Below, piece after piece: positions 57,864 through 64,000 of a stretch of DNA of 64,000 nucleotides. The notes under the pieces are model-generated. The model had not been told where the DNA came from, did no database searches, and saw nothing but the letters and a program-made list of their open reading frames with translations. This DNA comes from Polyangiales bacterium. GTDB taxonomy: Bacteria; Myxococcota_A; Polyangia; Polyangiales; Polyangiaceae. Location of the stretch: assembly GCA_038231275.1 (NCBI GenBank), contig JBBRLQ010000027.1, positions 1 through 64,000 on the forward strand, written 5' to 3'. Position numbers and translations under genes: made by a program. The stretch's first letter is position 1. Each line of letters starts with the position of its first letter.

Positions 57864-59672
57864 ATGGCAGCCCGCGCCACGTCCCTGAACGCGCCCGAAG
57901 GCCCGGTTCGCCTGCTGCCGCGCGGCGATGGGCCTGCGCCGCTCGTATTTCGGCAGGGGGCGCGCGCCCCGTACGCCGTGCGCTGGTACGGCGTGACCTC
58001 CCTGTTCGGGCACTTTCGTAACTTCATCGCCCGCGCGATCGCCAGCGAATCGGTCGACTCGCGCGACTGGATGCGACCCCTCGAGGCCGACGAGATGCTC
58101 AAGCGCGCGGTTCGAGTCCTGGGAGGGGACCCGAACGCCACCTCTCTAGTAGAGGGGCTCGGGCGGCCCATGTGGCTCGACTTCGTCGCCGACACCGGGG
58201 ACGACCGAGACGTGAGCGCCGCGGTCGGGCGCCTCGTCGCCGCCACCTACACAGTGAAGGACGACGCCGGCGAAGAGCGCACGCTGCCCCGTGGCGAGGT
58301 CTTGCTCTTCGGCGGCGACACCGCGTACCCCGTCGCGACGGCGGAGGAGATCGATCGACGCCTCGTGCAGCCGTGGAACGAGGCGTTCGGCGAACCGGAC
58401 GAGACGCCGCGCCTACTCCTCGGCATCCCGGGGAACCACGACTGGTACGACGGCCTCGACGGCTTTGGTCGCTTGTTTCGTCGCGGGACCGGCGGCGGCG
58501 CCACGCATCACCCCAAGGAGGGATCGCGCCTGCTTCGCCGCCTGCGCCGCGGTGCGCGGACCCGCGAGGTCGGCCTCGCCGTGCGCGAGCTGCACCTCGA
58601 CGAGGTCGGGGGCTTCTTCCGCCTGCTCGCCAACACCGCCCGCAGCGTCCGCGCATTCTTCCGCGGCGTCGGCATCAAGCGAGCGAAGCGCCTCGAGCTC
58701 GCGGGGTACACGCCGGTGCAGGAGTCGAGCTACTGGGTGCTGCCGCTCGCGGCGGGCATCGATCTATGGGGCGTCGATCGTCAGCTCGGACGCCTCGACT
58801 ACCGCCAGCGTCAGTTCTTCCGGCGACGAAAGCGCGAGACGCCCGAGCGCGCCAAGGTGTTCGTCGCGCCCGATCCGGCCGTCGGCTTCGGCGAGCCGTG
58901 GGATGCCGGCCAGCGCATGCTCGCCGGCTGCAAGATGTCCCTCGAGGACGAGCGGATGTTTTACCTCACGGGGGATTTGCACCACTACGAGCGCCGCGAG
59001 GTCGGCAAGTCGCTCCACGTGATCGCCGGCGGCGGCGGCGCGTTCTTGCACGGCACCCGCATCAGCCCAGCGCCGATGGGCCCGGCGAAATGCATGTACC
59101 CTACATCTTCCATGACGCAGAAGCTGACGGCGCAGGTCCCGCTGTCGCTGATGCTCGGGCGCGGCGGCTTCCTCACGCACATCGCGCTCGCGCTGGTGGC
59201 GTCGCTGGAGCTCGGCGCCGCTCTCGAAGGCGACGCGGCGCTGGTGGGCACGGCGGTGCTGGTGACGATCGCGATGAGCGTCGCCTTCTACCTCATCGCG
59301 GGGCACCAGCGCGCGCACCCGCGCACGATCGCAGCGGCGAGCGTGCCGTTCGGTGCTGCGTTGGGGTTGGCGCCGATGCTGCTCAAGCTCGCGATCCCGA
59401 AGGTGGTGCCGACGCTCGCGGGCGACACGGCGGTGATGGTGGCGTACGCGTTCTTGGGGACGTTCGTGTTCGGCGTCTTCCTGGCGTCGGTGGCGGTGGC
59501 GGGGCTCGAGCAACAGCAGGCGTTCGCGGCGCTGAGTCATCCGGGGTTCAAGCACTTCGTGAGGTTCTGCGTGCATCCGGGGGGGCGGATGGAGGCGTGG
59601 GTGATTGGGAAGGATGATCCGCTGGCGAAGGCGGACGCGACGCTGATCGACCGATTCGAGTGGGGGCCGTAA
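57864..59672 (+). CDS. Calcineurin-like metallophosphoesterase with C-terminal TM segments
   Basis: DFVADTGD, GGDTAYP, PGNHDWYDGL, GDLHHYER, AGGGGAFLH. Confidence 0.88.
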   Translation: MAARATSLNAPEGPVRLLPRGDGPAPLVFRQGARAPYAVRWYGVTSLFGHFRNFIARAIASESVDSRDWMRPLEADEMLKRAVRVLGGDPNATSLVEGLGRPMWLDFVADTGDDRDVSAAVGRLVAATYTVKDDAGEERTLPRGEVLLFGGDTAYPVATAEEIDRRLVQPWNEAFGEPDETPRLLLGIPGNHDWYDGLDGFGRLFRRGTGGGATHHPKEGSRLLRRLRRGARTREVGLAVRELHLDEVGGFFRLLANTARSVRAFFRGVGIKRAKRLELAGYTPVQESSYWVLPLAAGIDLWGVDRQLGRLDYRQRQFFRRRKRETPERAKVFVAPDPAVGFGEPWDAGQRMLAGCKMSLEDERMFYLTGDLHHYERREVGKSLHVIAGGGGAFLHGTRISPAPMGPAKCMYPTSSMTQKLTAQVPLSLMLGRGGFLTHIALALVASLELGAALEGDAALVGTAVLVTIAMSVAFYLIAGHQRAHPRTIAAASVPFGAALGLAPMLLKLAIPKVVPTLAGDTAVMVAYAFLGTFVFGVFLASVAVAGLEQQQAFAALSHPGFKHFVRFCVHPGGRMEAWVIGKDDPLAKADATLIDRFEWGP

Positions 59673-59718
59673 CGCGGTCGTGGTCGCGGTTCGTGGTCGC
59701 GGTCGGGGTCGGGGTCGC
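59673..59718 (+). repeat. (GGTCGN)n short tandem repeat after a stop codon
   Basis: CGCGGTCGTGGTCGCGGTTCGTGGTCGCGGTCGGGGTCGGGGTCG. Confidence 0.7.
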
Positions 59719-59840
59719 CGTCACGGCATCCCCCCTGGTTGGTCGCTGGTCACCGTTTGCAGGATCTTCGCCGACCCACGCCCGACCTCCGCGCGTGTCC
59801 AGCCACACAGTATTGCTGGAACAATCCGCGCTTCTCCTTC

Positions 59841-59856
59841 TGGCATACTACGTGCA
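59841..59856 (+). promoter_or_regulatory. Putative sigma54 (-24/-12) promoter
   Basis: TGGCAT-ACTAC-GTGCA fits GG-N10-GC and ends 12 nt before ATG 59869. Confidence 0.55.
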
Positions 59857-59868
59857 CCTACATGTCGT

Positions 59869-61434
59869 ATGCCGCTTCGACCTCGGCTTCTTCTTCTAGC
59901 CCTGAGCACGAGCATTCTCGCTCCCCTCGCCTGCTCGTCTGCCGCGCCCGCGACCGCTTCCGCGGAGATTGTCCGCGTCGACGCGCTCCTCAGTGGTCGG
60001 CGCGCGACGCTTTTGCGTGCTCGTACGACACGCGAGGTTCGGCCGCTCGCGCCTGGCGCGCCCGCCGGCGAGCCCGGCGTTCGTTGGGAACTGATCGACC
60101 CCACCGGAGCACGAATCGCCCGAGGCACCGGACCCGACGTCCACGCCGCGCGCTACGAGTTCGGCGAAGGAGAGCAAGTCGACCCGGTGGCCAATCCACG
60201 CAGCGCGGTCGGGACGATCTCGATCGAGATCCCCAACGTCGACGGGACGCTGCGCTTCTGGGACGCCGACGGCACCGCGGCAGGCGAGGTGCCGTTCCAC
60301 GCCCTCGGCGCGCCAGCACCTGGCGTGAGCGAGTCGAGCCTCGTGAACTTGTCCACCGACGTCCTCGGCGCACCCGTCGCGCTGGTCGATCACGGGGACG
60401 CGCGAAGCCACGTGAACTTCCTCTTCTTGCCCGAGGGGTACACGGAGGAGGAGTTGCCGCAGTTCCACGAGCAGGCCGCGCGGTTCGCGAGCGGGCTCTC
60501 GCAGATCGCGGGCTACTCCGATCATTGGGACGAGGTGAACGTCTATTACCAGGACGTCCGCTCCAAGAGCTCCGGCATCGCCGATCCGACGCGACCGGAC
60601 GCGACGAGGAGCACCGCGTTCGAGGCCACCTTCGGCGACGGCGTCAGCTCGCCGCAGCGGTGCATCCTCCCGTCGCACCGCGTGAGCGCCGCGGCCATCG
60701 CGAGCGCGCACGCGATCGCGCGGAAGGTCGCCGCCGATCAAATCGTGATCGTCGCCAATACGAGCGTATACGGCGGCTGCGCGATTCCCGCCGATCGCAT
60801 CGCGGTCATCTCCGCGAACGACGCGGCCATCCGCATCGTGGCGCACGAGGTCGGCCATTCGCTCTTCAAGCTTGCCGACGAGTACGCCTACAACCCGCCC
60901 ACCTGCGATGTTGCGCGCTGGAAGAAGGGGACCGCGAACGTGTCGAGCGACCTCGCCGCGTTGCCCTGGCAGGACCTGATCCCGGACGGCACGACGCTCC
61001 CGAGCGAACCGAACGACTCGGCGACGCCCATCGGCGCGTTCGAAGGGGCCGGATACTGTGCGACCGGCGCGTATCGACCGTCCGACAAGTGCATGATGAA
61101 CCTCCTCGCGGACTCGTTCTGTCCCGTATGCAGGCGCGAAATCGATCGCTACTTCGCAAAGCGTACCGGGGCAGGCCCCATCAACGACGTGCGCGTGCGC
61201 AACGCGAGCGGCGCAGGGCTCTTCGTCGGCTGCGACGGCACGACGTCCGAGACGTGCTCGGAGCTCACGTACATCGCAGCAGGCAAGACCGCGCTGATTC
61301 ACACGCAGGACGGCTCGATGATCCTCGACAACCAGACGGTCCCCAACGCGCCGGTCGCCATGTCCTTCCAGCACGTCACCGCCGCCTCCGCGGACGTGAC
61401 GGTCGGCGCCGACGCGACCCATCCTCTTCGGTGA
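59869..61434 (+). CDS. M64 (IgA peptidase-like) metallopeptidase lipoprotein
   Basis: Lipobox PLAC, EGYT, HEVGHSLFKLADEY, FEGAGY...YRPS..CMM...FCPVC. Confidence 0.9.
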   Translation: MPLRPRLLLLALSTSILAPLACSSAAPATASAEIVRVDALLSGRRATLLRARTTREVRPLAPGAPAGEPGVRWELIDPTGARIARGTGPDVHAARYEFGEGEQVDPVANPRSAVGTISIEIPNVDGTLRFWDADGTAAGEVPFHALGAPAPGVSESSLVNLSTDVLGAPVALVDHGDARSHVNFLFLPEGYTEEELPQFHEQAARFASGLSQIAGYSDHWDEVNVYYQDVRSKSSGIADPTRPDATRSTAFEATFGDGVSSPQRCILPSHRVSAAAIASAHAIARKVAADQIVIVANTSVYGGCAIPADRIAVISANDAAIRIVAHEVGHSLFKLADEYAYNPPTCDVARWKKGTANVSSDLAALPWQDLIPDGTTLPSEPNDSATPIGAFEGAGYCATGAYRPSDKCMMNLLADSFCPVCRREIDRYFAKRTGAGPINDVRVRNASGAGLFVGCDGTTSETCSELTYIAAGKTALIHTQDGSMILDNQTVPNAPVAMSFQHVTAASADVTVGADATHPLR

Positions 61435-61444
61435 TGAGTGGAGC

Positions 61445-61465
61445 GAAGCGCAGCGGAGCGAAACG
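61445..61465 (+). repeat. 21-bp REP-like repeat, copy 2
   Basis: Identical to 3863-3883. Confidence 0.75.
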
Positions 61466-61473
61466 CTCTTGAG

Positions 61474-61845
61474 CTAGCGCGAAGCTGAGAGCTCCACGAC
61501 CACCGCGTCCACGCTGTGCGTCGTCGGGACCCTCACCTTCGACACCGACACCCTGATGTGCGTCGCCGGCGTCTCCGCGAGGAGCCGATCGAGCAAGAGG
61601 CGCGCGTACGTCTCCAGCAGTCGATGCGAACGCGCGGTTCCTTCTTCGACGACGAGGCGCGCGACCCAGTCGTAGTCGAAAACCTCGCGAACGTTGTCGC
61701 TCTGGGGCATCCGCTCGAACGGCAGCGTCACGTCGACGTCGACCGACACGTCTTGCGGAATGTCGCGCTCGGAGCGGGAGGCGCCCATCCTCGCGCGGAA
61801 ACGGACGCCACGGAGGGTGATGCGGTACGTCTTGGTCGGCTGCAC
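61474..61845 (-). CDS. folB: Dihydroneopterin aldolase
   Basis: ITLRGVRFRARMG....ER...Q...VDV, FDYD, LLET, VSVSK. Start GTG 61845, or 61986 if the RG repeat is translated. Confidence 0.8.
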   Translation of the reverse strand: MQPTKTYRITLRGVRFRARMGASRSERDIPQDVSVDVDVTLPFERMPQSDNVREVFDYDWVARLVVEEGTARSHRLLETYARLLLDRLLAETPATHIRVSVSKVRVPTTHSVDAVVVELSASR

Positions 61846-61861
61846 GATCGCGAGTCTACCC

Positions 61862-61975
<114 letters not shown>

Positions 61976-61982
61976 CGAGCGC

Positions 61983-63233
61983 TCACTCTTTTCGCCGTGA
62001 CGCCGCCCGAACCAGATACCCCAACACCAGCGCGCCCGCCGCAGTCCCCCACTCCGCGCGCGTCCCATGGGCGACGAGGAGCAGCGGCGCCACCAGCGCC
62101 GGAATCGCGAGCCACCCATCCCGTGGGACGAAGCCGTGTCGGCGCCGCACCGACAGCCATGCCAGCGCCGCCGCGGCCGACGCGAACTGGCAGAGCACCG
62201 CCACGCTCGACATCACGAGGAGCTGATCGAGGTGCGCGCCGAACGCGACCGCGAGGCCGACGACGAGCGCCAGCGTCACAACGAGCGCGCGGCGCGGGAC
62301 GCCGTGATGCATCTCGGAGAGGCGCCCCGCGAGGGACTCTTGCGCGGCGAGCGCGGCGAGGTAGCGCGGCGTCATCGAGATCATGCCGAACGCGATGCCC
62401 AGCGCGGACAGCGACGTGCCCCAGGTGAGGAGCGCGCGCATCCCCGCCCCTCCGACGGCCCCCGCCGCGTCGGCGAGCGGCGCCTCCGACGCTCCTAGCG
62501 CGCCGCCGAGCGCGCGCGTGCACACCGTCTGGAGCACGAGGTAGAGAAGCGTGGCCGCGCCGAGCGATGCCACCGTCGCGAGCGGCACCGCGCGGCCGAC
62601 CGATCTCGCCTGCCCCGCGACGACGGGGACGATCTCGAAGCCCTGGAACGCGAACGTCGCGAGCAGCGCGGCGCCGAGCCACGATCCGCCTCCGGGCGCC
62701 GTCGCCGTCGCCGCGACGACCGGCTCGGCCGCGACCGGAGACACCGCGAGCCCGACCACCGCCAGCGCGAGCAGCGGCACGAGCTTCAGCGCCGTGAGCC
62801 CCGTCCACACGCGCGCCGAGAGGACGATCCCGATCGCGCACAGCGCCGCGAGCGCCGCCGCTACGAACGCCCCAAGCGCGCGCGCCCCTCCCGTACCGAC
62901 CAGCGCCTGCGCCAACCCCACGCACGTCGACGCCGTGCTCAAGACCGCGCTCACGTACGCCATCCACCCCACGGCAAACGCGATCCACGGCGGAAATGCC
63001 GCGCGCGCGTACAGCACCGGCCCGCCGTCCTCCTGGAACCGCCGCGAGAGGCGCGCGTACACGAGCGCGACCGGAGCGAGCAGCGCCGCGGTCAGCGCGA
63101 ACGCCATCACACTGCCACCGGGCGGCGCCGCGCGCGCGATCTCCGCCGGCGTGAAGAAGATCCCGACGCCGACGATGCCGTTCAGCCCGAGCGCGAACAG
63201 GCTCGGAAAGCCGAGCGGCCGCCGCTCGCTCAC
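61983..63233 (-). CDS. APC family amino-acid permease
   Basis: NGIVGVGIF, GGPVLYARAAF, FAFQGFE, PRYLAALA. Confidence 0.9.
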   Translation of the reverse strand: MSERRPLGFPSLFALGLNGIVGVGIFFTPAEIARAAPPGGSVMAFALTAALLAPVALVYARLSRRFQEDGGPVLYARAAFPPWIAFAVGWMAYVSAVLSTASTCVGLAQALVGTGGARALGAFVAAALAALCAIGIVLSARVWTGLTALKLVPLLALAVVGLAVSPVAAEPVVAATATAPGGGSWLGAALLATFAFQGFEIVPVVAGQARSVGRAVPLATVASLGAATLLYLVLQTVCTRALGGALGASEAPLADAAGAVGGAGMRALLTWGTSLSALGIAFGMISMTPRYLAALAAQESLAGRLSEMHHGVPRRALVVTLALVVGLAVAFGAHLDQLLVMSSVAVLCQFASAAAALAWLSVRRRHGFVPRDGWLAIPALVAPLLLVAHGTRAEWGTAAGALVLGYLVRAASRRKE

Positions 63234-64000
63234 CGGACGCGTGCGGGGATCTTCAAGACGAAACGCGTCCCGGTCGGCGTCACCGCCTCCGCGTGGATGT
63301 CCCCGCCGTGTCCCTCGAGGATGTTCTTCACGATCGAGAGGCCGAGCCCCGTGCCCTTGCCGTCCGTCTTCGTCGTGAAGAACGGGGCGAAGACGTGCGG
63401 GAGGTTCTCGCGCGAGATGCCGTGCCCGTTGTCCTCCACGAGGACGAAGACCGTCCCGCCCTCCACGCGCGTCGTCACCACGAGTCGTCCGTTGCCGGCC
63501 GGCATCGCGTGACAGGCGTTGGTGACGAGGTTCACGAAGACCTGCGCCAGCTGTTCGGGCATGCCCTCCACTTCGGGCAGCTGCGCCGCGTAGCGCCGCT
63601 CGACCTTCGCGCCCGCCTCGTCGAGGACGTGCTCGCAGAACGCCAGCGCCCGATCGACGACAGTCTGCACGGAGACCGCCACCGGCGACTCGCTCGACGG
63701 CCGCGCGTACGTCACCAAATCGCGCGTGAAGCGGAGCATTCGCCCCGCGCTCTCGTTCACCCGGCGGAGGCGCTCGAGATCGTCGGCGTCGCCGCGCGCC
63801 TGCGCCCGCCGCGAGAGGTAGTCCGTGTACGCGACGATCGACGTGAGGGGGTTGTTGAGCTCGTGGACGACGCCCGCCGCGATCTGCCCGAGGCTGGCGA
63901 GCTTCTCCGCCTGCACCATGTGCGAGTTGAGCTTGCGCAGATCCGACGCGGCGGACTCGGCGATGGCGTACTTGCGGGCCTGAATCAGGCCTCGCTGCAT
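63230..64000 (-). CDS. Sensor histidine kinase (5'-truncated by the window edge)
   Basis: EKLASLGQIAAGVVHELNNPL, NLVTNA, DNGHG, PFFTTK, GTGLGL. Confidence 0.95.
   Translation of the reverse strand: MQRGLIQARKYAIAESAASDLRKLNSHMVQAEKLASLGQIAAGVVHELNNPLTSIVAYTDYLSRRAQARGDADDLERLRRVNESAGRMLRFTRDLVTYARPSSESPVAVSVQTVVDRALAFCEHVLDEAGAKVERRYAAQLPEVEGMPEQLAQVFVNLVTNACHAMPAGNGRLVVTTRVEGGTVFVLVEDNGHGISRENLPHVFAPFFTTKTDGKGTGLGLSIVKNILEGHGGDIHAEAVTPTGTRFVLKIPARVR

Overview
High-GC chromosomal window, probably from a myxobacterium (Polyangiales-like). This is inferred from a MXAN_5187-family gene, two Hanks-type Ser/Thr kinases, Cys-rich lipoproteins and GTTCAG LexA half-sites. Most of the window is ordinary metabolic, envelope and signalling genes: a beta-oxidation cluster, peptidases, the pxp operon, lemA/TPM, ndh, lexA, trxB and folB. 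The exceptional part is 1-1490, the end of a co-oriented array of non-canonical tRNA genes: Val-GAC, a short-armed Leu-CAG, Leu-GAG, two Ser tRNAs with an 8/4 tRNA-Sec-like fold, Tyr-GTA, and an orphan tRNA-Pro-like 3' half. Three of these tRNAs have C33 instead of U33. The array is interrupted by a small HNH nuclease with a PLMP-like N-terminus, which is followed by an H-type pseudoknot and a 17-bp inverted repeat. Other notable items are a CTAG-flanked miniature element with ~120-bp inverted arms around IS1182 transposase fragments, an unannotated 45-aa lipoprotein, a reductase-MerR-diiron oxygenase operon with a visible operator, a PxpA-PxpB fusion, an unusual LexA operator geometry and (GGTCGN)n post-stop repeats. 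All calls come from reading the sequence by eye; no database searches were run.
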